DNA from: an uncultured virus (IMG/VR IMGVR_UViG_3300025322_000014)
Lineage: Duplodnaviria > Heunggongvirae > Uroviricota > Caudoviricetes
IMG/VR virus record: IMGVR_UViG_3300025322_000014
Strand: one strand, 5' to 3'
Length of the DNA: 64,000 nucleotides
Under the pieces are notes generated by a model, which was given only the letters and a program-made list of their open reading frames with translations, made no database searches and had not been told where the DNA came from. Positions 45,696-54,911 of the stretch are shown one piece after another (positions within the stretch are counted from its first letter, which is position 1; each line of letters begins with the position of its first letter). Position numbers and translations under genes: made by a program.

Positions 45696-47215
45696 TATGC
45701 TATGGTCATTTTTGGATCAAAGTAAATTGTTTGGCTAACTTTCGCTAAGCAAACTCTCGCCAGAATCGGTCCTTTTTCTGCCGTGGTGAACGACACCGCA
45801 AGCTTCTGCTTAATTGGCGTGGTGAGGCCTGTCGTAGTCCACGACGCCGTGCTGGTAGTTTGATTAGCGGCCGAAGCCAGCACGTCGGCTTTGCTATCGC
45901 TGGCGAAGGATGCCAGCGGAAAACCGGACGTTCCAAGATATTCAATCTCGAGCCACACCTCAGCGTCAGTTAACGTCGATCCGTCGTTGACGATCTCCAC
46001 GGTGGCTGTTAAAGCCCCTACGCTATCATTCCACGTAATGATCGGATCAGATACAAGCGGCGTCACAAATTTTGCGTTGGCCGTCGTAACCATTTTTCGG
46101 CTGAGATTTGTCGTTCCGTCGGAAGCACCCGCAAGTTTCACAATCGTTGTTTCGTGATAGATTTGACCTTGATATCGAATCTTATTGTATCGATAGTTTG
46201 TGTCGGCAGAATCACAATTCACAACATCGACGTCGGTCCCACCTTGATCGACCGGCACGTTAGTTGGATCAAAGATACTAACACTAGCCCCCAACTTGCA
46301 ATTTTCAAAACGGACAACATTTGGACCGGTGGCGCTGGGGTCAACGAGGTAATTCGTTGCCCCTGTTATCGCAGACAAATCAACTCCGCGAAGGTATATA
46401 TCACCCGTATTGCCCGATGACACCAGAGGGAAAAGTGTGCCTGGAGCCGTGCCAACAATTGCGCTAGGCGTATCGATCCATCTCACCCTGCAGCTAAATA
46501 TGATACCCTGCGTGCTGGCCGCGAATGAAAAAGTTGTGTTTACCAACTCAATCATTTGGCCGTCTGTGCCGGTAGCTTTCTCACCAAACTTCCATCGAGC
46601 TGCGCTACCTGAGGTCAGTTTTAGTTGGCAATTTTCAAATTTGAACCACCACGGAGTCTGACTCAAGAAACCTTGTGAGGGAGATGTCGTTGCGGTTGCA
46701 AATGTAATTCCTTGGATGTAAGCGAAGCCCGCAAAAGAAAAAACTTGGTTACCAGTGGTCGTGACTGTGGCAGTAGTAGCTTGGGCCGTAGGAGGCGTCG
46801 CTGTGTCGGCGACACAAATTATCTCATTCGGAGCAGCGGCGGTGCCGGTAAATGTCAATGTGATGGCAGCTGTTCCAGTTTCTGCGTGAGCGTTACTGAC
46901 GTACAACGTATCGCCGGCGGCCATCCACTCCAGCGCGGGATTCATTCGGGCGTGGGGCGCAGTCCAGCCATATGCCGTATTCCCAGTGACTTCAGTCCAA
47001 ACGGCCCCGCCGTCGGCTGTAGTGCTGCCCTTTGTTAACGACCAGGAAGGTTCGGCTCCGCCAGATGTTCCAGCGGTCGTACAACGAAACACCCGTTCGC
47101 TATTTACGGCCGGCGCGGCCAACTGTCGCCGTAGGTCCCCTACGGAATAGGAAGTGGTCGCCGCCCACGCTGTAACTGCAGTCCATTTCGTTGATCCAAG
47201 ATACCAGACAGCCAT
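45695..47215 (-). CDS. Thr/Ala-rich virion protein (spike/fibre-like) inserted within nozzle locus
   Basis: WAATTSYSVGD..FRCTTAGTSG..EP.W module, beta-rich body. Confidence 0.7.
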   Translation of the reverse strand: MAVWYLGSTKWTAVTAWAATTSYSVGDLRRQLAAPAVNSERVFRCTTAGTSGGAEPSWSLTKGSTTADGGAVWTEVTGNTAYGWTAPHARMNPALEWMAAGDTLYVSNAHAETGTAAITLTFTGTAAAPNEIICVADTATPPTAQATTATVTTTGNQVFSFAGFAYIQGITFATATTSPSQGFLSQTPWWFKFENCQLKLTSGSAARWKFGEKATGTDGQMIELVNTTFSFAASTQGIIFSCRVRWIDTPSAIVGTAPGTLFPLVSSGNTGDIYLRGVDLSAITGATNYLVDPSATGPNVVRFENCKLGASVSIFDPTNVPVDQGGTDVDVVNCDSADTNYRYNKIRYQGQIYHETTIVKLAGASDGTTNLSRKMVTTANAKFVTPLVSDPIITWNDSVGALTATVEIVNDGSTLTDAEVWLEIEYLGTSGFPLASFASDSKADVLASAANQTTSTASWTTTGLTTPIKQKLAVSFTTAEKGPILARVCLAKVSQTIYFDPKMTIA

Positions 47216-48277
47216 TTATGCACTCACGAAAGGTGTTATGAACAGATAAAAGCCTTGCTGGGTTTCGTCCCAGGCCATCCGAACGAACGTACGATTCAGG
47301 TCGGTGTCCACTAACAAAGGGGCTATGACGTTATTGGTCAGCGGCTCTGGTTCTCCCCCGCCTCCCGCTAGGGAGTACACGTGCCCGCGGGAGCTAAAGA
47401 AATAGATCATCCCCGAAGCATCTCGGCAGTACGGTCTACCAAATGCCATACCGACGGTGTCGGAAAGCAGATCGATTCGGCCATTGCTAGCCTGTGGATC
47501 GCCATTCATTTGGTAGATAGAATGATCGCAACCGATGATCAAAACATCGTCGGAATATGGAATCAGGCAATTCACGACATCTCCGACTTTCCCAACTACA
47601 CCGGTGCCTCCGGTCACAGCCTGAATTTCTGTCACCACAGCAGGGGCGTAGTCCCAATCTAACGGATCGCCAAGTTTGCTCATGAACCAGTTGTGTGGAT
47701 CAGTCCGCAAACCAGACAACACTATCCGCGATCGCCACATTTCAATCAATCGCGGGACCGACGATCCATCCGTGCCAGGCAAACTGCCTGCGGTAGGAGT
47801 CCAATCAGTCGCTGCGTTGGTTGATCCTGTCCACACCTTATAGCTAATGCCATCTGTGAAATACACCTTGCCAAATAGCTCAGCTGACAAAATGAAGGGA
47901 GCCGTCGCGCTCAATGTTCTAGAGCCGGATGCCGTCGCGGCCGAAGTACCAGAATCAGCAAACGTGTAAATCGCTCCACCGGAAACCGCGACTGCCGTTA
48001 CTGTCCTAACACCCAAAGAAAGAGTGGAAGGATTTGTTGCAGAAATCACTGTTGTATAATTTAAGTCCTGTATGCGAATGTCGCCATTGATCTGCGATGA
48101 CAGGAATTTTGATAGTCCAGGCCTGATTCCCCCGCGAGCCCGACTTTCCAGGACGTCGAACAAGCGAACATTCTGGCAATCAACGCAGGTTCCGTCCGGC
48201 TGCGAAATACGAGACGCAACCACGTTTATTCCGTTGGCCGGAAACTTCAGCGATATGTTTTGCACATCTCGAGCCAT
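47216..48277 (-). CDS. N-terminal part of tail nozzle/stabilization protein
   Basis: CQNVR....RPGL, WRSRIVL..WFMSKLGDPLDWD beta-propeller motifs; follows adaptor. Confidence 0.7.
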   Translation of the reverse strand: MARDVQNISLKFPANGINVVASRISQPDGTCVDCQNVRLFDVLESRARGGIRPGLSKFLSSQINGDIRIQDLNYTTVISATNPSTLSLGVRTVTAVAVSGGAIYTFADSGTSAATASGSRTLSATAPFILSAELFGKVYFTDGISYKVWTGSTNAATDWTPTAGSLPGTDGSSVPRLIEMWRSRIVLSGLRTDPHNWFMSKLGDPLDWDYAPAVVTEIQAVTGGTGVVGKVGDVVNCLIPYSDDVLIIGCDHSIYQMNGDPQASNGRIDLLSDTVGMAFGRPYCRDASGMIYFFSSRGHVYSLAGGGGEPEPLTNNVIAPLLVDTDLNRTFVRMAWDETQQGFYLFITPFVSA

Positions 48278-48981
48278 TACTTGACAGCATCCTTCTGGAG
48301 CTGATCGCTTCGCAACGCATGCGATAGCGACTCAACAAATTTTTGCTGCAACGGCCCCGCAGGGTCATCGTCATGCCTGGCCTCAGCCGCTGCCAAGAAG
48401 GCAGCTGTTATGGTCTCGCCGTACTGTGCCCCCCCTACGGGGTAGATGTTAGTATTGCTGATTGAGTCCGGCACGAATACATATCTATAAGTCAAGGCTA
48501 AGTTGTTTTCTGCCGCCGTGGGCGTTGGATAAACAATCATCTCCCATCTTTGCCCGTTAACTGCGTCATGCGCCTTGTTGCGTACAGCGTAATACTTTGG
48601 TACGCCAGTTTGGTTGTCTGAGGATTGAATCCTACGAATAGTTGTTTCATCCTCAATCCCCAAGGGCCTTTTGTTTTGTCCTGCGGCGTATGTTACGCTA
48701 TCGTCCAAAATGGTTCCGCCAAAATCGTCCGGCAAGGTATATGTCGTCGTGTTGGTATTGAGCGTAACTGTTCCCGTCTTGCGCATGAACGACCACTCAT
48801 ACCGCGGTTGGTCAGGTCCGGTCGGAGGATAATAAAACATCCTCAGCGCTCGCAGTGCGATGTCATCGAAATCTTGGAGATTCGTATTAGACCACGAAGC
48901 AACAGCCCGCGGCCACCCCAACAGAACAGCGACCTCTCTTCGGAGAGTATTAGTTGTTACAGAGAGACCAGGTTCAGTCAT
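48277..48981 (-). CDS. Head-tail adaptor (tail tubular A-like)
   Basis: EWSFMR..T..Y.LPDDF, G.P.YYA, YPTP. Confidence 0.75.
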   Translation of the reverse strand: MTEPGLSVTTNTLRREVAVLLGWPRAVASWSNTNLQDFDDIALRALRMFYYPPTGPDQPRYEWSFMRKTGTVTLNTNTTTYTLPDDFGGTILDDSVTYAAGQNKRPLGIEDETTIRRIQSSDNQTGVPKYYAVRNKAHDAVNGQRWEMIVYPTPTAAENNLALTYRYVFVPDSISNTNIYPVGGAQYGETITAAFLAAAEARHDDDPAGPLQQKFVESLSHALRSDQLQKDAVK

Positions 48982-48990
48982 CGAATAACC

Positions 48991-50442
48991 CTATGCTAAA
49001 ACATGCCAGTTTGTGTTATCGCTAGCGAGCGCGGCTGAGCTATATATCCCCCAAAGCTCTATTCCACTTCCCCCATCGATCGTAGCGGCGTCTGCGGTGT
49101 TGACGACAACATGACCGGTGCTGCCGTCGACCTTCTTGATATAGACTGGCTCGCCAGAGTAGAAAGATGTGTTTGCATTTGGTAATTCAATGGTTACTGT
49201 ATTTTCGCTGGTGGCAACCAAAATAATTGTCTTCGGTTCAGCTACACTGTAATCCGCGCTTACTGACGTTACGTTGCTGAGTTTCGGTCGCCTATCTGAA
49301 ATTATATGCCAATCGGTACCATCATTGGCAAAACCCAATGCTTGGTACTGCAGGTGTATTTCTTGCGTGGCCGCCCCATCTATGTTTGCGCTATCGGCGG
49401 TGTTAACTGTAACAATTCCGGCGCCAGAATCGACTTTCTTGATAAAAATTGGTTCGTCGTAATAAAAACGACTGCTAACTACAGGTAATTCGATATTTAC
49501 AGTATTCGCCGCCGTGGTCACAAGGACTACGTTGATCGGTTCAGCTACTGTGTAACCAGCGCTAATTGCTCTCGTGAACCGAGCCGTTGCCTCTCTTTCC
49601 GAGATGATGTACCAATCGGCTCCATCGCTGACTAACGCAATTGCCCGGTACTGCCCGACAAGGGTCGTGTTGGCATCTCCATTGATCGTGTCCCCGACTC
49701 CAGGTGTGAGTATTACATTACCAACGCCCGAGTCGATTTTGGCGACGTACAGCAAGTCGCTAACATAGTCCGTAGCATCTGGCAGCGTAATCGTTCTGTC
49801 AGACCCACCTGTTGTTACAAGAATAGTTCGTTCGGGCTCAGCCACTGTGTGATTAGTGTTGACAACAGCCGTTGCTGTGCCAAATGCGTGTGGGTCGGCA
49901 GCTCCAGCGGCTCGTAACAAAACCCAATTTGTATTCGTACTTACATAAAACAACAGCGCCGAACCGTAGTTGGTATCAAGTAAACTCTTGGACGCCGAAC
50001 TTCCGTTGATAGTATACGTTGTGTTGGCTGTATTTGGGTTGATGTAGACGACTTTTTCTTTTGCCACACCTGCCGAATCATAAAAGCCAATCCAGGATCC
50101 TGTTTGCAATCTTTCGGTGTACGCTGGAAGCGTGATCGTAAAAGCCCCGGCGTTGGAGTTACAAGCAACATAATCGCCGAGGTTATGGGATGTTGTCGTG
50201 GAAAGGGTTACGTTTCCATTAACTGCCGTTGTTGATTGAAAGTTAAAAAAAGTACCGGCAGTGCCGGTCTTGAAGTATTCATCGCCGTAAACATCAGAAA
50301 TTTCAAACGTTGCATTTCCTGTCAGGGCGACGGTAATATCAGAATCGCCACTACCCGGAACGTAAAAAGCATTACTAAGACGCCGCAACCTAATCGGTCC
50401 GGAGCGTTTCGTTATGCGCGGCGGCGTTCGATATTCGGCCAT
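48991..50442 (-). CDS. Tail fibre protein with four ~100-aa repeats
   Basis: Repeated T(I/V).LP..K.D......TI.G......Y....L.SDG..W. Confidence 0.8.
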   Translation of the reverse strand: MAEYRTPPRITKRSGPIRLRRLSNAFYVPGSGDSDITVALTGNATFEISDVYGDEYFKTGTAGTFFNFQSTTAVNGNVTLSTTTSHNLGDYVACNSNAGAFTITLPAYTERLQTGSWIGFYDSAGVAKEKVVYINPNTANTTYTINGSSASKSLLDTNYGSALLFYVSTNTNWVLLRAAGAADPHAFGTATAVVNTNHTVAEPERTILVTTGGSDRTITLPDATDYVSDLLYVAKIDSGVGNVILTPGVGDTINGDANTTLVGQYRAIALVSDGADWYIISEREATARFTRAISAGYTVAEPINVVLVTTAANTVNIELPVVSSRFYYDEPIFIKKVDSGAGIVTVNTADSANIDGAATQEIHLQYQALGFANDGTDWHIISDRRPKLSNVTSVSADYSVAEPKTIILVATSENTVTIELPNANTSFYSGEPVYIKKVDGSTGHVVVNTADAATIDGGSGIELWGIYSSAALASDNTNWHVLA

Positions 50443-50444
50443 TC

Positions 50445-50852
50445 CTACTCCACAACCACGATATCAACTTTAGCTGTACTTCCGCTTTCATTGTGCGCCA
50501 CGACTGAGTTAATTGTCGTCGTGCTGTTTACTGTTTCATCTAACCCAAGTTGGAACGGCAGGCCATACTCATTTGCCCGCCCAGTGCCCCGAAGCTGCAT
50601 GTTGAATGTTCCGCTATTTGTGTCGGTGAACACAACCCGCGTATTGAAGTCGGAAGCAATCCGCATGTAGCTGAAATCGCCCAGCTCATCGGCGTACATA
50701 GTCGCGTTTGCGGCATTAGCAATCGTCTCGGTCTTGGCGAATTTGTTGCCAGTCACCGAGATCGAAACAGGCTTCTCGAGACTGCCGCGTGTTATGGACT
50801 CACCGTCTACTCGCGAGGCAAGCTTCTGCCAAATCTGCAAATTAAAAGTCAT
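50445..50852 (-). CDS. Hypothetical virion protein
   Basis: 135 aa, beta-rich. Confidence 0.65.
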   Translation of the reverse strand: MTFNLQIWQKLASRVDGESITRGSLEKPVSISVTGNKFAKTETIANAANATMYADELGDFSYMRIASDFNTRVVFTDTNSGTFNMQLRGTGRANEYGLPFQLGLDETVNSTTTINSVVAHNESGSTAKVDIVVVE

Positions 50853-51272
50853 TTACGCTTCTCCAATAAGCTTCAATTCTTCGCGGGACGGGTGTCGAAC
50901 TCCAGTAGCGGAAAAGCGTCGCTCTTCTTCTCCGTTGTCATCATCAAGGGTCACAATCACCTTTTTCTGTTGATGATCATGCTTGACAAACCGCCCCCAT
51001 TTCCAGCCGTTACGGTACTTGGCTAAAACGCGATCACCAGTTTTGATATCTCGTTCGTCTAAAAAGGAAGTCGGGTCTGCCTGCGTCGGTCGCCCTGCAA
51101 GCACAACAACCAAAATCAATTCGTGAACCGAAAGGTTCTGACCCAATCGTCGCGCGGTCCTCTCGATATCCCAGTATAAATCGACCACATCCGACGGGAG
51201 GTCTGTGTTCGATTCAAGCTTCAATGCGTTCCTCAGAATTGCTTCGTGGTTCTCATCCATAACGAGCGGCAT
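50853..51272 (-). CDS. Hypothetical protein with SH3/Tudor-like C-terminus
   Basis: AAGGAG RBS; KTGDRVLAKY..W..G. Confidence 0.65.
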   Translation of the reverse strand: MPLVMDENHEAILRNALKLESNTDLPSDVVDLYWDIERTARRLGQNLSVHELILVVVLAGRPTQADPTSFLDERDIKTGDRVLAKYRNGWKWGRFVKHDHQQKKVIVTLDDDNGEEERRFSATGVRHPSREELKLIGEA

Positions 51273-51291
51273 AAATTCTCCTTTGATAAAC

Positions 51292-51330
51292 AAAAAACCC
51301 GGTCCCGGAATCGACGTCCGAGAGCCGGGC
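51292..51330 (-). terminator. Rho-independent terminator
   Basis: CCCGG.TC.CGGA...TCCGGGACCGGG followed by T6. Confidence 0.75.
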
Positions 51331-51353
51331 CTGCACAAATCCAACTATCGAAA

Positions 51354-51578
51354 TTAACCAGCGCCAATAGCTGCCTGCAGTTTGGCAATAAGTGCATTTG
51401 TTGTAGACAGAATATCCGCGCTTTCGGCCTGGTACACTTCATCCGCTGCACTTGCCGCAGCATTGGCCGCCGCAGCAACTTCTGCCTTGGCGTCCAAGTC
51501 AGTCTTTGCGACAGCAGCTTCGATTGTTTCGATTTCTAGTTGATTCACCAACAGCCGTAGTTCTACAAAATCAAACAT
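51354..51578 (-). CDS. Small Ala-rich coiled-coil protein
   Basis: GAGGA RBS; 74 aa. Confidence 0.65.
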   Translation of the reverse strand: MFDFVELRLLVNQLEIETIEAAVAKTDLDAKAEVAAAANAAASAADEVYQAESADILSTTNALIAKLQAAIGAG

Positions 51579-51632
51579 AGTTTGTCCTCTCATCAAAAGG
51601 TATCTGCGAAACCACCACACATGAAATTTTCC

Positions 51633-52313
51633 TTAATCGGTGATAGTTGCGGCTCCTGCGCCAGGCATGAAAACCCACGACGTGCCGTCACAAATCCACT
51701 TACAGGAGGCGCCGATGATCTGGTTTGCTGTGGACAAGGCCACGCTGTTTGCATTGAGGGTATTCAAGGCCAAAATCGTATTTACTGTATTCGCCGTAAA
51801 GGTCGTGTTCTGGCCGACGCCCGAAACGTACTCAAACCATTTTCCGTTGACTTCAGCCGAAATGTCCGGCAATGTGTAATTTCGATCACTCGCGGCGCGG
51901 TTTGTGACCAACGCCCCCCAGTGAGTTGCGTTGAGAGTTGTATTCGTATTCTGAACCACAACCTTCTGGTCGACTGAGCCGTTCGTCGTGGGGACAACAG
52001 ACCCCGTCAGGTTGACTGTCGCAGCGTTAAGGGTCGTGAACGTGGCGGTACCGGTCGTGTTGATCGCGGCGTTGGAGCTAATGCCGACGCCAGCAAGTGT
52101 CATTGACGCGGCCCCTTTGTCGAACAAGACGGTCGTCGCCGTGTCGCCCAAGAAGATCTTCACATCAGCGTCATACGTGCCGTCGCCGAACGCAAAAACA
52201 CCGGTGTCGTCGACCGCGGGCAAAAAGTTGGCGACCTCACCTGAGGCCAGATCAAAGCGTTCGTCGCTTACCAAGCCTTCCTGCAGAAGGCGGATGATGT
52301 TTTTCGATCCCAT
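51633..52313 (-). CDS. Putative head fibre/decoration protein
   Basis: YTLP..G..F and CDGTSW fibre-type motif. Confidence 0.6.
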   Translation of the reverse strand: MGSKNIIRLLQEGLVSDERFDLASGEVANFLPAVDDTGVFAFGDGTYDADVKIFLGDTATTVLFDKGAASMTLAGVGISSNAAINTTGTATFTTLNAATVNLTGSVVPTTNGSVDQKVVVQNTNTTLNATHWGALVTNRAASDRNYTLPDISAEVNGKWFEYVSGVGQNTTFTANTVNTILALNTLNANSVALSTANQIIGASCKWICDGTSWVFMPGAGAATITD

Positions 52314-52473
52314 GTTTGCTTCCTCTCATTTTACAACGAAAAAGTTGGTCTCGGACGGCACTATGCCGCAAGCACCTCTAATGCTCTTCGCCGGGCCGAG
52401 GCGCCGCGTATACCGGCGGCGTACGGTGTTCACTCATCACTACCGCATGAAAGTGGCAGTTTCAGTGTCAAAA

Positions 52474-52545
52474 TAGCGGGGGCGGGATTCGAACCCGCGG
52501 TCTCAAGCGTATGAAGCTCGCAAGTTGCCTCTACTCCACCCCGCA
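52474..52545 (-). tRNA. tRNA-Met(CAT), initiator-like acceptor
   Basis: TGCGGGG/CCCCGCT, CGAGC-TTCATAC-GCTTG, GGTTCGAATCCC. Confidence 0.88.
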
Positions 52546-52546
52546 G

Positions 52547-52619
52547 TCGGGCACCCATGACTCGCACATGGCGCCTCCTGATCCCAAATCAGGCGTGCCG
52601 CTACCTGCACCTCTGCCCG
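52547..52619 (-). tRNA. tRNA-Pro(TGG), atypical
   Basis: CCTGA-TTTGGGA-TCAGG; T loop TGCGAGT; mismatch at acceptor pair 7. Confidence 0.65.
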
Positions 52620-52695
52620 AATCGCGGCTCTTTTTTATCAAGGTGGCCGCCGGCTACCCGATGACCGGGCTCCTTCACCTAGCTTGCTTAAAAAG

Positions 52696-52768
52696 AGCTG
52701 CCATCTGGAATTGAACCAGAATCTGATGCCTTACAAGAGCACCGCTTTGCCTGTTAAGCTACAGCAGC
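52696..52768 (-). tRNA. tRNA-Thr(TGT)
   Basis: GCTGCTG/TGGCAGC, GTGCT-CTTGTAA-GGCAT, GGTTCAATTCC. Confidence 0.88.
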
Positions 52769-52854
52769 CAAGCAGGACTGATTTTTTTAACGTGGTGCAA
52801 CGTCCCGCTACCATCCACGGCGGAAGTAAGCCTTACCGCATGCTTGCTTATAAG

Positions 52855-52926
52855 AGCAGCAAGCCGGTTATGATCCGGCACGGCCAGTTTGGAAGACTGG
52901 TGCTCTACCAGTTGAGCTATTGCCGC
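52855..52926 (-). tRNA. tRNA-Gly(TCC), atypical T loop
   Basis: GCGGCAA/TTGCTGC, CCAGT-CTTCCAA-ACTGG; T loop ATCATAA. Confidence 0.8.
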
Positions 52927-53076
52927 TTCTCGACCAGATTATCGTGCTGGTCTACCCACGGCTGCATTATTGGCAGTACAGCTTCTGCCATGTCTGGGCG
53001 CCCTTGTTTAGGCCGGCGCGCCGCCCGCCACTTTAAGTACCGATCACTACCGTCATCGGATTGAGCCCCGCAGGGA

Positions 53077-53919
53077 TTACTCTTCCCCGTCGGCGTACTG
53101 GGCCGCCGCCACAAAGTCCAACTGCATCTTTGCCTCCGCCGCCGTGCCAACCTTTGTCAACCACAGCGGAATAAGGGCCTCCCCTTCAGGGAAAGTTGCG
53201 GCGTCCAGGTTGGTTGTCGTGACGTACGAGCCAGAATCAGCCTTGTCGATATAGAAGACGATCTTCTTGGCGTCGTCTGCCGATGGGTCGTAAACAAACC
53301 CAACCTTGTACCACGTGTTGGCCACAAGAGTCAAGGCGTTTGCCTCGACTTGCTGCAAGGTTTGGCTCGCAGCCTGGTAGATGATGTCCAGCTTATCGCC
53401 GTCATCATTCAGACGCTGGAAACCAATGAATGCACCGGTCGTGATCAACGCGCCCGTGTCATCCACAAGCGTATTCGCTCCAACGCCCGCGGCAGCGGCA
53501 CTGCCAAGGCCAAGGAAGAACGCGCAGCCATTGTCGGCGATCGACTCGGTGCGGAACCGCGCCTCGTACATGACCTTACCAGTGTTGCCCGCGCCATTGT
53601 CAATCTTGAATTGAGCACCACTTCCGAATTGAACATGGCCCTCATCGTTGTCCGCGTCGTTGCCTGCGATCTCGAGAACGCCGAGGGCGTTGGCCAGGTC
53701 GCACGTTGTCCAACCTTGGATTGTCACGCCAGTGTCTTGGTACGTGTACGGATTGCCGCTGGCCCCGGCGGAAGTCAGAACCGGCGGGTTACCGAAGTCG
53801 TCGTAGACAACTACGGCCTTGCCGATAATCTCGTCATGCTGAAGCTTGGCGATGTCGCCAAAGATGATGGGAGAAGGACCACGGTTGGTCTCTCCGAAGT
53901 ACCGCGTGTAGTTGGAAAT
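53077..53919 (-). CDS. Capsid-associated (decoration/cement-like) protein, probable ATT start
   Basis: Frame open 64 codons upstream of the GTG at 53727; GGAGGT RBS 5 nt before ATT at 53919. Confidence 0.7.
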   Translation of the reverse strand: MSNYTRYFGETNRGPSPIIFGDIAKLQHDEIIGKAVVVYDDFGNPPVLTSAGASGNPYTYQDTGVTIQGWTTCDLANALGVLEIAGNDADNDEGHVQFGSGAQFKIDNGAGNTGKVMYEARFRTESIADNGCAFFLGLGSAAAAGVGANTLVDDTGALITTGAFIGFQRLNDDGDKLDIIYQAASQTLQQVEANALTLVANTWYKVGFVYDPSADDAKKIVFYIDKADSGSYVTTTNLDAATFPEGEALIPLWLTKVGTAAEAKMQLDFVAAAQYADGEE

Positions 53920-54035
53920 GATACACCTCCGAGTCTTAAAAGAGTTTACTTTCGACGCCCCCGCCGAACTACGATTCCCCGATCCTTGGGTGGGTTACTA
54001 GCTAAACTCCGCACTTAACATCGCGGAGGTTCAGT

Positions 54036-54299
54036 TTACTTCGACAGCCGGCTCCGGGCGTATTTTTCGCCGTATTGCTTGCCGTACGTTGAGGCGATGT
54101 CGAGCGACTTTCGTGTGATGTCTTCAAAGTTGGTGCTCAAGTGAGTCCGATTTGGTGCTACCGAAGCCTGTTTCGGTACCACTGGCGTGGGCCCGGCGGC
54201 TACTCGCTGCGAGGCTTTTTGCTGCGCCTTCCACGTGTCAAGTTTGTGTTGCTTCATCCAAGGACTGTCGGTTGATTTATACTGAACGGGTGCTGGCAT
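54036..54299 (-). CDS. Small basic hypothetical protein
   Basis: GGAG RBS; 87 aa. Confidence 0.6.
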   Translation of the reverse strand: MPAPVQYKSTDSPWMKQHKLDTWKAQQKASQRVAAGPTPVVPKQASVAPNRTHLSTNFEDITRKSLDIASTYGKQYGEKYARSRLSK

Positions 54300-54331
54300 G
54301 TTAGTAAGAACTCCGCTTCTTGCCCATCGCT

Positions 54332-54808
54332 TTACGCGACTTCTCGCGTTCGCGCTTCGCCATCGCGTCGACCATCGACTTCTTGGAGGGCATCTGTTTG
54401 CGACCGCCGGTCATTGGCATACGAGCCATAATGTGCTCCTGTTGGGTTTAGGTAGGCGAAAAACTTTTCAGCGATCGGGGCTATACGTTTCTCATAGTAA
54501 CCGACTGCGATGTTGCACGGTCTGCACAAAATACCTCTCACTTGGCCTGTCTCATAGTTGTGGTCTATGTGAGAACTTTTGTTAATCAAGCATCCGCATA
54601 AAGCGCATTGGAAATTCTGCGATTCCAGCAACGCTTTATGTTGGTGCTTGTTAAGACCGAATTTTGCTTTCCGGCTCGAAGCAACATTGTTGTCCGCGCA
54701 AACTTGGCATTTTGTCTTGTCAGGGCGCCTATCACGACCGCACTGACATTTACCGGCGGCCTTTTTTTTATCCCGCCATCTTTTTACCGGCCAGTAATTT
54801 GGATGCAC
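54332..54808 (-). CDS. Endonuclease VII-like (homing-type) nuclease
   Basis: KFGL..QNFQCALCG, HIDH...TGQVRGILC..CN. Confidence 0.88.
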   Translation of the reverse strand: MHPNYWPVKRWRDKKKAAGKCQCGRDRRPDKTKCQVCADNNVASSRKAKFGLNKHQHKALLESQNFQCALCGCLINKSSHIDHNYETGQVRGILCRPCNIAVGYYEKRIAPIAEKFFAYLNPTGAHYGSYANDRRSQTDALQEVDGRRDGEARTREVA

Positions 54809-54911
54809 TGCTGTTTCCCCCAACAGAAAACACCCAAGAAAAATCAAAGGGGCAGGCGGCTTGGGGACCGCTTTTCGGCGATCAACCTAGCCCCAATGTT
54901 ATTCTACTGCG

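Noticed and set aside
52930..53000. Twister ribozyme-like TAATGCAGCCGTG segment on the - strand
   Set aside because: Could not find the conserved P4 loop and matching pseudoknot partners in a valid order
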